Shown: positions 47,101 to 61,118 of the stretch, piece by piece
How positions within the stretch are numbered: the stretch's first letter is position 1
How the letters are laid out: each line of letters begins with the position of its first letter
NCBI RefSeq assembly: GCF_963921235.1
Contig: NC_086123.1
Span: 3,968,001 to 4,032,000, forward strand
DNA from: Mobula hypostoma
Taxonomy: Eukaryota
Reading direction: 5' to 3'
DNA: 64,000 bases
The notes under the pieces: model-generated
Seen by the model: the letters and a program-made list of their open reading frames with translations, nothing else
Told to the model about the DNA's origin: nothing
Database searches by the model: none
Made by a program: the position numbers and the translations under genes

Positions 47101-50100
47101 CAGGCCTGTCCATCTTCTGTTACCATGTGAGACTCCAAATCACCATTGCCCCGACAAGAGCCCAGCCTGACCCCTATTGTTCCGTATTCCCAGAACTCCA
47201 TCCGTTTGGACAGGAACTTTTGACCTACATTCCATGTGCTGAACCTCCCGTGAGGTCAGCCTCCCTTTGTCTCAAACACCTCAAGTTTCAAAGTACATTT
47301 ATTATCTAAGAACATATGGGTCACCATTTTGTTGCAGGCGTTCTCAAAAAAGGGAAATACAATAGAACTTTACTAAAAACTGTACATAAGCAAAGACTGG
47401 TGGATAAGTAATGTCCAAAAGAAGACAAACTGCAAATAAAAAATGTACTGAGAGCATGAGGCCTTGAAAGTTCATCTGTAGGTCTTAGAATCAGTTCAGA
47501 GAAGCAGCTCAAAGCAGTCGAGCTGTCCAACACTCGCAGACCAGGGCTGTGCTTCAGATCTTTCCCTGTAACCCCCAGTATGCACCTCACAGACAATGCA
47601 AGGACTATGGCCCATTAGCTGGCTTTCCTGTCACACTTGCCTCCTCTCCAAGGTAACACTCACTTAGGCCCCATAGCTCTTCACCCCTGGTACACACCTG
47701 ACAGCCCCCTGGACTCAACCTGAATCCAGCATTCCCTCTGAGGTCCCAATTCCAGTGGAGCTGGCACATCAGCACCACAACATCTTGGGCTCATCCTGAA
47801 ATCCTCAGCCCTACAGAAAAGCCAGTAGGAGCCACCCAGATGAACCTGGGATTACTTTGTCTCTGCGACCCATCCCTCTGTGCCTGCACCCACCCATGCC
47901 ACAGTCCCATGATCCTGACACACTTGCACACACGCCCACACACGCACACATACATTTCCACACAATAATTCGACTCCTCCACTCTTCCACCAACACTGCT
48001 CTCCTAGTCAAGGGCCCTGTGTAACTTGTGGACCCGTTTTTTAATTATTCTGTGGATTTGTTCTTTTGTTCCCTACAACCCTGGATGTGTATAAGAACAT
48101 AAGGAATAGGAGCAGGAGTAGGCCATCCGGCCCATCGAGCCTGCCCTGTCATTCAATAAGATCATGGCTGATCTGGCCATGGACTCATCTCCACCTACCT
48201 GCCTTTTCCCCATAACCCCTAATTCCCCAACTATGCAAAAATCTATCCAACCTTGTCTTAAATATATCTACTGAGGTAGCCTCCACTGCTTCATTGGGCA
48301 GAGAATTCCACAGATTCATCACTCTCTGGGAAAAGTAGTTCCTCTTCATCTTCATCCTAAATCTACTCTCCCAAATCTTGAGGCTATGTCCCCTAGTTCT
48401 AGTCTCACCTACCAGTGAAAACAACTTTCCTGCCTCTATCTTATCTATTCCTTTCATCATTTTATATATTTCTATAAGATCTCCTCTCATTCTTCTGAAT
48501 TCCTGTGAGTACAGACCTAGGTGACTCAATTTCTCCTCATAGTCTAACCCTCTCATCTCTGGAATCAACCTGGTGAATCTCTTCTGCACTGCCTCCAAAG
48601 CCAGTTTATCCTTCCTCAAGTAAGGAGACCAGAACTGCACCAGTACTCCAGGTGTGGCCTCAGCAGTACCCCGTACAGCTGCAGCATAACCTCCCTGCTC
48701 TTAAATTCAATCCCTCTAGCAATGAAGACCAACAAACCATTTGCCTTCTTGATACTCTGCTGCACCTGCAGACCAACCTTTTGTGATTCATGCACAAACA
48801 CTCCCAAGTCCCTCTGCACAACAGCATGTCGCAAATTTTTACCATTTTAAATAATAATCTGCTCTTTCATTATCCTAAATAACCCATTCTCCTCCTCACA
48901 TGGACCCATAATCCTCTGAATGTAATCATCTGCCCCATCAACAATAATTTGCCAGCATTTATATAGTGATGTTAGCTAAGGAAAGTACCCTACATTTATC
49001 CCAAGTCCCATCATATCGTCATGGTATCTGGTGCTTAACAACACCCTCTCCTTGATGCCAGGTACTACAGGTCTAAAGGCCAAGTTATCCAGTCGAGTCG
49101 AGTTTATTTTCACACGCACAGGTATGGTGGGGTTACAATCACAGTGGGAAGCCTGTTTGTCGCAGAATCCCAGGCACAGGGATTCAGGCAATAGTACATA
49201 ATTATACAAGACATGAAGGAAAGAGTGTGCAAAACATTTGTGCAAAAAAATAGAGAAAATGTCATAGTAGGGCAAAAGGTAGACAATAGAGAGACTTTAA
49301 TGATTATTGTCAAAGCATAAAGTAATATTGTTTGGGTCATTTATCCTGTTCAAATCTAATGTAAGTTTTAAGTAAATCTCTGGGAACTGAGGAATATTCA
49401 GAGGAACAGCGTTCCACTGTTGTTCCATCGCAGCACCCACACAATGCACAAGGTGAACACAAGTGAATCTGTGTTGTGATATGACTTGCAGAGAGATTTT
49501 GGGCTCAGATGAGTGGTGGCCTCTGTTGCTGGCGTCCTGCGCTGTGCCAGCCCTGATCCAGCTGGCCATGCTTCCATGGTGCCCGGAGAGTCCCAGGTAC
49601 CTGCTCATCGACAGGAAAGATGAGAACTCCTGCGTGAAGGGTAAGTGGTGCCGAGGGAAGCAAGCAATTCTTTTTGTTGACTGTGGGAAAGCAAGAAAGA
49701 AAATGGATCATCAGGACTCAGAGACAGTTGATGCTCTCAAGTGAACGGAAACCACTCTCACTTCCTCTGTTCCATCAATGGGTTCCCCATTCACATTCCA
49801 TTCCTCCATCTGTCCTCACTACCTTCTCCTCTTTCCTTCACCCTCCCCTCCTATCCCCTCTCTCTCCAGCCACCCTCTTCTCCTTCCGCTGTCCTCACCC
49901 CCTCCTCTAGGTGCTGAGGACACACACTGTCACGATTCTGGGGATTCACCATTTCCAATTCCTGGCCTTGGATGTACCTCGGCTGGAGGGAGTGGAGTTC
50001 CTTTTGTTTTTGCCGCACGGAAGAGTTGAGCTGAGCACTCTCAAAGTGAAGTTCGTGCCTTTGTTATATGGAGACTTGGGAATCTTGAGAATTTGTAAAT

Positions 50101-53100
50101 CCTTTTTATTTATTTATTAATTGAAAGACAGCCTGGAATGGTCCCTTCCAGCAACGCCTGATTTAACCCTAGTTTAGTCACAGCACAATTTACAATCAGC
50201 AATTAGCCGACCAAGTGCTATGTCTGTGGACTGTGGGAGGAAACCAGGGCAGGCAGAGGAAAGCCACACTGCCCGTGGGGAGAAGGTACAAACTCCTCAC
50301 AGAGAACAGTGCTTCGCACTTAGCACAATGACGTGAAATGTGGCTATCTCACCTTGAATGGAGAGCTTCAATAATACGACTTGGACACAGTAACGGCAGT
50401 CAAACAACCATCTCCATATCCAGGCACCCAACCGGTCCTGACTCCACTGAACGTTGGCAGAGCATTCTTCACCCTGCCTCGAGGCTGCGTGAACTCAAAG
50501 AGCTCGTACTCGGAGAAACGCAGGCGTCTTAAGCAATAATCCGCATTGGCCAGAGGGCCAGCGATGTGGATGTGAAGACCATCCTGAGTCCCTGCCTTCT
50601 CCGCACTCAAAAGCCAGAGCACTGGATACCGGAATGTCGTAGATCTATGGGATCGGATGTCTGTGTGAGCAGGGGGCACAAGGGCTAGGCAATCGGTCAG
50701 TCAGTCCGGATCGGGAGCAGCATCTCCAACACCATCACACCGAGCACGGGGTCCCCCAGGGCTGTGTGCACAGTCCACTGCTGTTCACTCTGCTGACCCA
50801 CGACTGTGCTGCAACGCACAGCTCGAACTGCATCATCAAGTTCGCAGATGACACGACCGTGGTGGGTTTCATCAGCAAGAACGATGAGTCAGCATACAGA
50901 GAGGAGGTGCAGTGGCTAACGGACTGGTGCCGAGCCAACAACCTGTCTCTGAATGTGAACAGAAGAAAAGAGATGGTTGTTGACTTCAGGAGGAAGCGGA
51001 ACGACCACTCTCCGCTGAACATCGACGACTCCTCCGTAGAGATCGTTAAGAGCACCAAATTTCTTGGTGTTCACCTGGCGGAGAATCTCATCTGGTCCCT
51101 CAACACCAGCTCCATAGCCAAGAAAGCCCAGCAGCGTCTCTACTTTCTGCGAAGACTGAGAAAAGTCCATCTCCCACCCCCCATCCTCACCACATTCTAC
51201 AGAGGTTGTATTGAGAGCATTCTGAGCAGCTGCATCACTGCCTGGTTCGGAAATTGCACTGTCTCGAATCGCAAGACCCTGCAGCGAATAGTGAGGTCAG
51301 CTGAGGAGATCATCGGGGTCTCTCTTCCCGCCATTACAGACATTTACACCACACGCTGCATCCGCAAAGCAAACAGCATTATGAAGGGCCCCACACACCC
51401 CTCATACAAACTCTTCTCCCTCCTGCCATCTGGCAAAAGGCACCGAAGTAGTCGGGCTCTCACGACCAGACTATGTAACAGTTTCTTCCCCCAAGCCATC
51501 AGATTCCTCAATACCCAGAGCCTGGACTGACACCAACCTACTGCCCTCTGCTGTGTCTATTGTCTTGTTTATTATTTATTGTAATGCCTGCACTGTTTTG
51601 TGCACTTTACGCAGTCCTGGGTAGGTCTGTAGTCTAGTGTAATTTTTGTGTTGCTTTACGTAGTTCAGTGTAGTTTTTGTATTGTTCATGTAGCACCATG
51701 GTCCTGAAGATTGTCTCGTTTTTACTGTGAACTTTGCCAGCAGTTATGGTCGAAATGACAATAAAAAGTGACTTGACTTGAATCAGTGCGCCCAGAGTTC
51801 AGGTCCCATCATTGGCTTGTCCAGGGGTCAATACTAACGATTGAGCCCGTTGGTCAATTGGAAGTTCAGAATTCAATGCCTGATGGCTCGAGGCCTCCGC
51901 TAGAGTGGGACTGTCCATGTGGGTGGGTGTGTGGGAGGTAGGAAAGGGGCTTGTTTTGCTGTTGTTTTGTTGCTCGTTGTGTTCTGTCGAACATTGTGGA
52001 CATGCTAAGTTGGCGCTGGAATGTGTGGCCACACTTAGGGTTGCATCCAGCTCATCCCTAGGTCTGTCTGTTGTTAATGCAAATGACACATTTCACTGTA
52101 AAAGTGATAAATAGATCTGAATCTGAATCAGATATCCATAAATCTGACTTTACCCTCTCAATACTCCAGTGCGAGTCCCCCGTCCCCCACGCCACACAAT
52201 CCCGATAGCCCGGTTTGCTCTGGGTGCTTATTGTTCATTTTCACAGGGGTTTTCAAGGGGGTCACCTCCTGATGAACTCACTTCAGACAGCAGATGCTTT
52301 TTTGTCACCAAGATCTTTGTATTGTTGGAGATTTAGATGGTCAAAAAGGAGGAGCTGAATCATTATCGATCTAGCATCACCCTTTCTGTTTACGCAGCTC
52401 TGAGAAGGCTGCACGGCAATATCGACATCACGGCAGAAATGGACAAAATGCTGGAGGAGCAGGCTGTGCTTGAAGGTCAAAGGACAAAGAGAATCTGGGA
52501 GCTGTTCCAGGACAGAGCCGTCCGGTGGCAGATGATCATAACCTTTCTGCTGGGCAGTGCCTTCCAGTTATGTGGCAACGATGCTGTAAGTAGCATTGAG
52601 ATCCAGGGGAAACTCAGCTCTTAAAAGCCAGTCACTGCAGTCAGAGCGGATGCCCCATAGTTCTGGCAGTATGAGTACAGCCCTCACCTCAGCCGCTGTC
52701 TGTGTGGGATTTATGCTTTCTTTCTGTTCTGTGCTCCAATTTCCTCCTAAAACCTGAAGAAGTGCTGACAACTTAATTTCCTCTAGTTAGGCTAGACTAA
52801 TGAAAGGGTGCAAATAGCAATTGTGAGAGAGTAAGTGTAGGTGACAAGGAGGAAAGAGTGAGATTGGAGTAACAAATGCTCTGCTGAGGATCTCAAATAG
52901 TGATTGTGAGAGAGTAAGTGGAGGTGAGAAGGAGGAAAGAGTGAGATTGGAGTAGCAAATGATCTGCTGAGGAACTCAGTGGATGCAACAGCGCCTGTGG
53001 AAGGAAAGGAGCTGTCGATACTTTAGACGAAAGCCCTGCCTCAGGAAACATTGACGATCCCTCCTTGCCGCAGATGCTGCTCGATCCGCAGAGCTCCTCC

Positions 53101-56100
53101 CGCAGCTTGTTTGCAGCTCTGGGTTCCAGCGCCTGCTGTCTCGTGCCTCTCCGAGGTCAGGAATGAGACTGATGGCATTACTCCGGTGGGATGGACCCTA
53201 GGGGCTGGACTGAATCCAAGTCCATAACAGAAGATCAACTCTGTGCACCGGTGTGAATCATCAGTAACGCTCGAGGCAATCTGAGCCTGTGTTACACTAT
53301 CTATGGGTCTCAGCCCGAAACGTCAACTATCTATTCACTTCCATAGAAGCTACCTGACCCCGTGGGTCACTCCAGCATTTTGTGTGTGGTTTTGGTTGTT
53401 GTGGGACTGAAGTACAGCTTTATCAGGGCTAGGTAGCAGAGAACAAATCGTCATGAAAAACTCCCTATATCCAACTTCCTGAATACATTTAATACGGAAG
53501 GGATTAAGGAACTTGGCGAGAAGGTGGGAACAGGGAACGGGGTATCCATGAACCCTTTGGCTTTGTATTTCTGGGGTGGCAGGGTAGTGTAGTGGTTAGC
53601 ACAACCTCGTACAGTGGCCAGTTGTAAGATCTGGGTTCAATTCCTGCCGCTAGCTATGAGGAATTTGTATGTTCTCCCTGTGACCTCAAGCTTTTCTTAA
53701 GATGCTCTGGTTTTCCCTCACTTTCCAAAGACCTACAGGTTCAGGCTAGTGAGCTGTGGGCGTGGTGCTGGGACACTCGTGGGCTGCCCAGCACAATCCT
53801 CACTGATTTGATTTGATGGAAATGACGTATTTCACTGTATGTTTCGATGTACACGTGACAAATAAAGCTGACCTCACTTATCTTTAGTTTCTTGTTTGTT
53901 AATTCTGATTCCAGGTTTTAGTTCAAGATTAATTTAGGTCAATGCTTTAGATTTCCCAGCTACAATGGCATTTGAAGACAGATATGAGGTAACTAAGAGC
54001 AGGAGTAGGTAACAGATGTCTGCACCCTGTTCCCAATCCACAACAATGCACATGTCCCGCTCAATGTCCCTTCTTCTGTTTCAATGTTAAATGTAGTGTC
54101 TTGATGAGTTTGTCTCTGCCGCCTCTGCGGTGGAGAATTGCACAGACCCAGCTGCCTCTGAATGAAGACATTTCTTTTACCTGGCATTCCATCAGGCTGT
54201 GCCCTGTCATTCTGCGTTCTCCAGCCCGGAAGACTGGATTTGTGCCTACAGGTCATTCATCTAGGCTGCTGGATTACTGAACCAGGAAGTTAACCATTAA
54301 ACCTTGTATTTCCAAGCCGCATCTCGTTTATTCCTCCTTTCCAGTAGAATGGACTTGTAAAACCTTCAGAATTCCCCACCCAAGAGGGCTGTGGAGGCTT
54401 GGACACTTGTTATATTCAAGACAGAGATTAATTGACTTTTATAAGCAAGAGAACAGCCATCATCATATTGAATGTAAAATTGCAGCCTGGGGTTGGTGGC
54501 CGGAGCTGGTAACTGAATGGCTTGACCCTGTATTTCATACTGTTCCCACCAAATGCTTTACTCCATTGCCGAGACGTCTCTTCAACCCCCAGGTTAGTTA
54601 CTGTGTGTACCTGCACAATGTCTTTACACTCTCAATGCATCACGGTCAGTCACACCGTCTGGAGCATCCACACAGTCTCAGTTTTATATAAACAACCAGT
54701 TATTAGGTGCTGCGGATTCTAGAGTTAAACAATGGAATAACTGACTCCCCATTTCACAGTCACACTTTGAACTTGTTATCTAGTGGCACAATCAGAACAC
54801 AGCACATTATCGAGAAATGCCAAGGCTGTGAGTTCGTATCTCACTTAGAGCACATGTGGGTTCCCAACCTCGATGAGAATTGGAATGTGTTCGTTCAGTC
54901 TGTTAGACATGACTTGTCTGGTTTTTGTTTGTAATGTGATTGTATAATAGCACTATCATGATTGAATTTATAATAAATGCATTTTGTAAAGAAAACTAAA
55001 TTACATGAATTTACTGCCTGTCCAATGCGTTATTCTGTCTATATTTTGCTGGATTCAGAATCTAATTTCTTTTTTTTCTGACAGATGTATTACTACGCTG
55101 TATATGTGTTCCGTGCTGTAGGAATTCCGGATGAAAAGATCCAGTATGTCACTATTGGAACTGGGTGCTGTGAGTTCACTACCTCGTTGACAAGTGTATG
55201 CACTGTTTCACTATGAACCAATTTTTCTCATAATTCTGTTAGGTTATGACAATCTCCATCAAATCTAATTTCCAACTCTCATGTTTTTTGACTTTAATCA
55301 CAGGACTGAGCTGCACCAGTGTTGGCTGTTCCACCATCTTTCATCTCGGCTAAGTTTCAGGCAGTGTCCTCTGAATTTAAATATGTCAGCGATTCCCCCC
55401 GTCACTAAAATTATACACAGATTGATTCATGCTGCCTAAAGATAGTGCAGAAGTGAGATCATGCTGGATAACATCAACATTGGGTTGGATAAAAAATATT
55501 TTAAAATATACTGGAGACCTGTGCAGATTAAGTGTGATACATCAAAATATCTAATTTGGAGAGCACTAGAGCAATTATGAGTCTGACTTATCCCAGCCTG
55601 TACACTGCACTGTGCCTTGAAGGAAGACAATATTTCCTACTAAATAAGACTTAATGGCCTAGAAATTCCTCTAATCATCTCAAACAAATGGCTAATTTCA
55701 CTCACCTCTTCTTACAAGTCCCATTGCCAAAGGCTTCAAAGGTTTCAAAGGTACATTTACTGTCAGAGAAATGTATACAATATACATCCTGAATTGCCTT
55801 TCTTCGCAACCATCTACGAAAAGAGGAACACCCCAAAGAATGAACGAACCCCGAAGCCCCCCCCCCTACAGCTCCCCTCCCTCCCGCACATAACTGGCAG
55901 CAAGCAACGATCCCCCCTCCTCCTACCAGGGAAAAAAAGCATTGGCACCCGCCACGGAGCACTCAAGCGTGAGCAAAGCAACAGTAAAGACACAGACTTG
56001 CAGTGAGCTCAAAGACTACATTGTTCACCCAGTATTCGACATACCACAGGCTCTCACTCTCCCTAATAAGGGAGAAAGAGGTGTCTCCAGACGCATCTTC

Positions 56101-59100
56101 TAGAATTAACAAGCCTTTAACATCCTCGCTCACCATTTACTTTGTTCTGTCCCTCAAATTTCGGATCAGCGTGCCCATAGAAGGTAGCGGGTAGTGGTCG
56201 ATGGGATTTACTCTGTGACTCGCAGTGTTCTGTCTCTCTTGCTTTCCTCCTTATAACAGGTATTCCCTTTGTTATCGTCCACCTTCCTCTGCAACAAACC
56301 GGTCTGATGTCTCTCTTCCCTTGTTTCAATTTGAACAATTACGAGGCTGCTTCTTTCTCTCCTAAAACCTGCTGAGTATTTTCGACATTTTCTGCTTTTA
56401 TTTTGGATTTTCAGCGTCAGTACGGTATTCTGTTTCTGAAGAACTTTGCCCTGTTCATGTATTACAAAGCCTAAGATCTCTCATGTTTTATGAACTCCTC
56501 TTTCAATATTTCCATTTATCCCATGTATCTTAATCTTCTGGATGAGCATCCATGAGGGACTTCCTCAAACACCTTACTAAGATCCACGAAGAAAATATCC
56601 ACTCAATATATCCTAACATCTTAGAATCAGAATCAGCTTTATTATCACTGACATATTCCATGAAATTTGTTGTTTTGTGGCAGCAGTATAGTGCAATAGA
56701 TAAAAAACCATAAGTCATAATATGAAATATTTTAAAAATAAATACTGAAGTACGGGGCACTCCTCTGTTTTTGTGGATGTTTGCAAAGAGAAAGAATTTC
56801 AGAAGGTATATTGTATACATTTCTCTGACATTAAATGTACCTATTGAAACCTACTGAAAAAGGGAGCAAAAAGTGAGGCTTGTGTTCGTGGTCTATTCAG
56901 AAATCTGATGGCAGGTGGAAAGAAACTGTTCCTGAAACTTTGAGTGTTTTATCTTCAGACTCTTTCCTGACCCTTTTCCCTCATGGTAGCAACGAGAAGA
57001 GGACATGTCCTGGATGGTGAGGATCCTGAGGCATCGCTATTGAAGATAGCCTCTATGGTGGGAAGGCTAGTGCCATGATGGCTGAGTTTACAACCCTCTG
57101 CAGTTTTTTACCGATCCTGTGCATTGTGGCTTCCAAGCCAAGCGGAGATGTAACCAGTCAGTATGCTCTCCATGGTACATCTGTAGAAACGTCACATATC
57201 AGAGGTACATGCACATGAATCCTCAAGGACTGTACTGTTTATTCCATATCACATCTTCGAACTGTGCCTGCCAAAATACTGATGGCTCTTCCTCTCCAAT
57301 CTCTGGCTGTTGCAACTGGAAACACTAGAAAAACAACTTTTAAAGTGCTTTGTAGTTCCTGTCAATCCTCTGAATTATGAAAACTTTTACAGTAGTTCTG
57401 TGCTCTTCAGATCCCCCTCGTGCATTCCTTGCATATTGGTGCCTTGATCTGCACTGTAAGCCTTCGAAGGGTGATCACTTCGAGCAGCATCCAATGACGA
57501 CATTGATTTTCCTCCTTTAGAATCTGTTCATTGACCGGACTGGGCGCAAGGTGCTGCTTATGGGGGGCTATAGTCTGATGGCTGCTTGTGGAATATTGTT
57601 CACCATCTCCTTGACTCTTCAGGTATGTCATAGCCTCTTCCTCACTGGTAAAAGGGACAAGTCATGTTGGATTTCAACTGTTTTCCTGTTAAGTTCCCAC
57701 TAACTGGAGCACATTTATCTGGTGTGTTCATAAACGTATGAAGGTCACGTTTTAAGAATTCCCAACTATGGATGGGAACCTTTGCTCAATTTTATGCTCT
57801 TGGATGATAGGTTAAGATTCCAATTTATCAATGGGCCACATTTCCCTGTGAGGTGTCAGAACAATAGCTATTGGGTTGGGGAATGGGAGGGATAAAATAC
57901 TCAAAGGAATCTGTCTGACAAAGTGAATGGCCTATTCTTGATCTTTATTTCACTGCCTAATTCACTTCAAGCTGCTGATAAAACTCTCATTAAAGTCTAT
58001 TGAGTTGTAGGCTCTATTATTACAACATATTCCTGACTGACCTTTATTCTTCTGTTCTCGAAGGTCATTAAAGACCACCATGTTACTCCGACTACGCCAC
58101 TCATCCATTGCCCTTGTGTTTACTGACATGCACCAGCACCGAGTTAAGCCTTACATACATTCTAAAATTTTCATCCTTACTTTGAAATCCCTACTTGACC
58201 TTGAGTTCCCCTCTATCTTTAACCTTCCACAGTCCTGTAAATCTCTTGGAAATCGGGGCTCCTTTAATTCAGCCCCTTAGCTCAGCTCTTGATTTAACTA
58301 TTCCACCACTGGTATTTACACCAGAAGATGTTGCTTATATCGAACTAGCTCCCCAAATCGTCTGTTTCTTTCTGCCATCCATCAAGATGCTCTTTGACCA
58401 AAGATTGCATCACCTGCCTTAATATTTCCTTTGGTCATTTGGAGTCAACTTCTTCTGTTTCATAATGGCCCCGGTGAAGTGTCTTGCTACGTTAAATACA
58501 TATATGCAAACAGTTATTGCTGTGTGTAAAAGCGGGCATTGACAGACCAAAATATTTATGGACTTGTATAGTGCTGAGCATAGCATAGACTTTTATAATC
58601 CACCCTGAGGAACAATCAGATCCAAGGCCAGGACCGTGATTTGTTCTCAGTGGAAGATGTTGTGCTTGAGTTGCTGGATTGAGTTAAGTGAGAAATACAA
58701 GAAAAATGCTTCAATGGGAAATGAAAATGAGATATTTTTATATCAGATAGCCAACTTACATTGAAGTTAAAAATCTGCAGCCATGTATGTTTGGACTGGG
58801 AGGAATAATGGATCCACTTCCTTAACACTGTGCTGCAACGCAGAGGCCTGGTTTGCATTTTTGACGTGAACTGGCAAGTGAAGCATGACTTCTGAATTGA
58901 GAGATGAGCATCATATTGTCAATGAGTACTAATCCTGACAATATGTTGCAATTAGGAAAAGGACTGTGCCTTACCTGTCTAATTGATTCTCCCTCTCTAC
59001 TGACCCAGGACAAGATCAGTTGGGCACCGTTCCTCAGCATGGCCTGTATCTTTGCATCGATCTTAAGCTTTGGAATTGGCCCGGGTCATTACTGCTATTA

Positions 59101-60009
59101 AACTTTTTATCTTACACAGAGAAACAAAATCAAAAGAGAACAAGGCAATTACAAAATATCTGATGTAAAAGCTAAAAAAAAAATGCTGGGAATATTCACT
59201 GGGTCAGGCAGCGTCTGTGCAGAGAAAGTGACCAAGAAACAGAATTAATGTTTCAACTTGATGATTTCCAACATAACTGTAAATAAGACAAGTTCTAAAC
59301 ATGGGTAAAAATATAGAAGGAAAGGAATTAAGCTATGATAGTGAGGATGGCAAAAGATTAGATGTCTAAAATGGGGTAGAAATAAAATGAATGGTTCAAG
59401 AAAGATATAAACAGGAATAGCCAAGTCGTCAAGGAACATTGTTGAACTCTGTGTTAGCTGGAGGGATGAGAAGAGCCTAAGAAAAGTGAAACAGGTGCTT
59501 TGAACTTCCCAGAAACAGGAGGGGCATGGAGCAATTGGAATTTAGACGTGTGTGGGGAAATGGGTTTTGCAGTTGTGTAGCCCCAAGTGGATTTGCTTAC
59601 CTTCACTAGACTCCCATATTCCAGTGGGACCCAGGGGGTAGAGACATCCTCTCGTTGCATCTGCCACTCCAACCCACTTTACTTCAGAACTAGAATGCTC
59701 TCCCTACCCCACCTGATGCAGTTCCACGTCCAATATACATACAGGACATTCAGTTATAAAAACTCAGTCTGCAAGGTGCACTCTTCCCCGTTGACTATCC
59801 ACCAAGAATGTTTCACTATATTTCAATATCATGTATTTTAGTTCCACTCAACTTGTAAATTCTTTCTTTTCTATGTCTTAGCTGGTGTGTCTGCAGTCAT
59901 CCCGATGGAAATCTTCGACCAGACTGCACGGCCAGCCGCCTACATGACCATTGGCTCCCTGTTCTGGATAACCCTCATTATAGTTGGTCTGACTTTTCCA
60001 TTTCTTGTT
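41084..60009 (+). CDS. SLC2A11: SLC2A11 (GLUT11)-like facilitative sugar transporter, exons 2-11; first exon not found, last exon not in window
   Basis: Ten phase-compatible exons with motifs [33 protein letters not shown] (GLUT11-like), [26 protein letters not shown]. The exon 2 donor reads ATGAGT. Confidence 0.88.
41268..41428 (+). CDS. SLC2A11: SLC2A11-like exon 3
   Basis: 161 nt [10 protein letters not shown]...GPMAITFGR. Confidence 0.92.
42330..42770 (-). mobile_element. Rex1/Babar-like LINE 3' fragment
   Basis: [12 protein letters not shown]-type C-terminus. Confidence 0.6.
44080..44204 (+). CDS. SLC2A11: SLC2A11-like exon 4
   Basis: 125 nt RNSLLL...[16 protein letters not shown]. 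Confidence 0.93.
44270..44520 (+). mobile_element. Degenerate tRNA-derived SINE (V-SINE-like)
   Basis: Decayed A/B boxes and TCCGGTTTCCTTCCACATTCCAAAG core. Confidence 0.55.
44775..45280 (-). mobile_element. CR1 3' fragment with an internal deletion
   Basis: [16 protein letters not shown]; tail nearly identical to 63845-64000. Confidence 0.85.
46017..46146 (+). CDS. SLC2A11: SLC2A11-like exon 5
   Basis: 130 nt [20 protein letters not shown]... Confidence 0.93.
46440..47020 (+). mobile_element. Rex1/Babar-like LINE 3' fragment
   Basis: IESIL-like motif; (GACTT)n tail. Confidence 0.65.
48092..48870 (-). mobile_element. CR1 3' fragment
   Basis: [10 protein letters not shown]...RRMRGDLIE; LLRPHLEY. 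Confidence 0.88.
49492..49640 (+). CDS. SLC2A11: SLC2A11-like exon 6
   Basis: 149 nt EILG...[10 protein letters not shown]. Confidence 0.93.
50700..51781 (+). mobile_element. Rex1/Babar-type LINE, 5'-truncated; RT C-terminal half open (50766-51530)
   Basis: [36 protein letters not shown]; AATAAA followed by (GACTT)n tail. Confidence 0.88.
52398..52585 (+). CDS. SLC2A11: SLC2A11-like exon 7
   Basis: 188 nt ALRRLHG...QLCGNDA. Confidence 0.93.
52811..52975 (+). repeat. Local tandem duplication, about 83 bp x2
   Basis: TTGTGAGAGAGTAAGTG...GAGTGAGATTGGAGTA occurs twice. Confidence 0.85.
53575..53880 (+). mobile_element. tRNA-derived SINE (V-SINE-like)
   Basis: A box TAGTGTAGTGG, B box GGTTCAATTCC, AATAAA tail. 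Confidence 0.7.
55085..55195 (+). CDS. SLC2A11: SLC2A11-like exon 8
   Basis: 111 nt [15 protein letters not shown]...GTGCCEF. Confidence 0.92.
57521..57622 (+). CDS. SLC2A11: SLC2A11-like exon 9
   Basis: 102 nt [17 protein letters not shown]... Confidence 0.92.
59009..59084 (+). CDS. SLC2A11: SLC2A11-like exon 10
   Basis: 76 nt ...[14 protein letters not shown]; weak donor GTCATT. Confidence 0.88.
59882..60009 (+). CDS. SLC2A11: SLC2A11-like exon 11
   Basis: 128 nt [19 protein letters not shown]...FPFLV. Confidence 0.92.
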
Positions 60010-60333
60010 GTAAGTGTCCTGAATGCAATTGAATTTTGTGGCACAAACTATAAAGATTTTGCTAAATATTCTAGGTTGCACCACATGTCCTTTTTGGAAG
60101 TTTCTTGCATAGAGGAGGGAAAATTTCTTGCATATACCATTAATAATTATTCACTAATTTGGATTTTTTTCTATCTCGTTCTTTACAAGCTGTATTATTG
60201 ATTCATTCTGTTGGAAGTTTTGCTGAAGTGACATGCTTTAATGATGTCCCACCCTGCCTTAGTTCTGTTCTTACTACCCATAGGCACAGACCAAATGTGT
60301 ACCTTCCAGTTGCCCACACCCACACTGGAGGAC

Positions 60334-61118
60334 TGAAGACTCACCCAGTCACCATTCCATTGAAGATTTACCCAGTCATTATTCCATTGAAGATTCACCC
60401 AGTCACAATTCCATTGAAGACTCACCCTGTTGCAATTCCATTGAAGATTCACCCAGTCGCCATTCCATTGAAGATTCACCCTGTCACTATTCCATTGAAG
60501 ATTCACCCAGTCACCATTCCATTGAAGATTTACCCAGTCATTATTCCATTGAAGATTCACCCAGTCACAATTCCATTGAAGAGTCACCCAGTCACAATTC
60601 CATTGAAGACTCACCCTGTTGCAATTCCATTGAAGATTCACCCATTCGCCATTCCATTGAAGATTCACCCTGTCACTATTCCATTGAAGATTCACCCAGT
60701 CACCATTCCATTGAAAATTCACCCAGTCACTATTCCATTGAAGATTCACCCAGTCACTATTCCATTGAAGATTCACCCAGTCGCTATTCCATTGAAGATT
60801 CACTCAGTTGCTACTCCATTGAAGATCCACCCAGTCACTATTCCATTGAAGATTCACCCAGTCACTATTCCATTGAAGATTCACCCAGTCGCTATTCCAT
60901 TGAAGATTCGCCCAGTCGCCATTCCATTGAAGATTCACCCAGTCACCATTCTATTGAAGATTCACCCAGTCACTATTCCATTGAAGATTCACTCAGTCAC
61001 TATTCCATTGAAGATTCACCCAGTCGTTATTCCATTGAAGATTCACCCAGTCATTATTCCATTGAAGATTCACCAAGTTGCCATTCCATTGAAGATTCAC
61101 CCTGCCGCCATTCTATTG
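60334..61118. repeat. 27-bp minisatellite, about 29 copies
   Basis: Unit TTCCATTGAAGATTCACCCAGTCACTA. Confidence 0.97.

Noticed and set aside
60334-61118. CRISPR-like array
   Set aside because: No unique spacers; plain tandem repeat in eukaryotic DNA.
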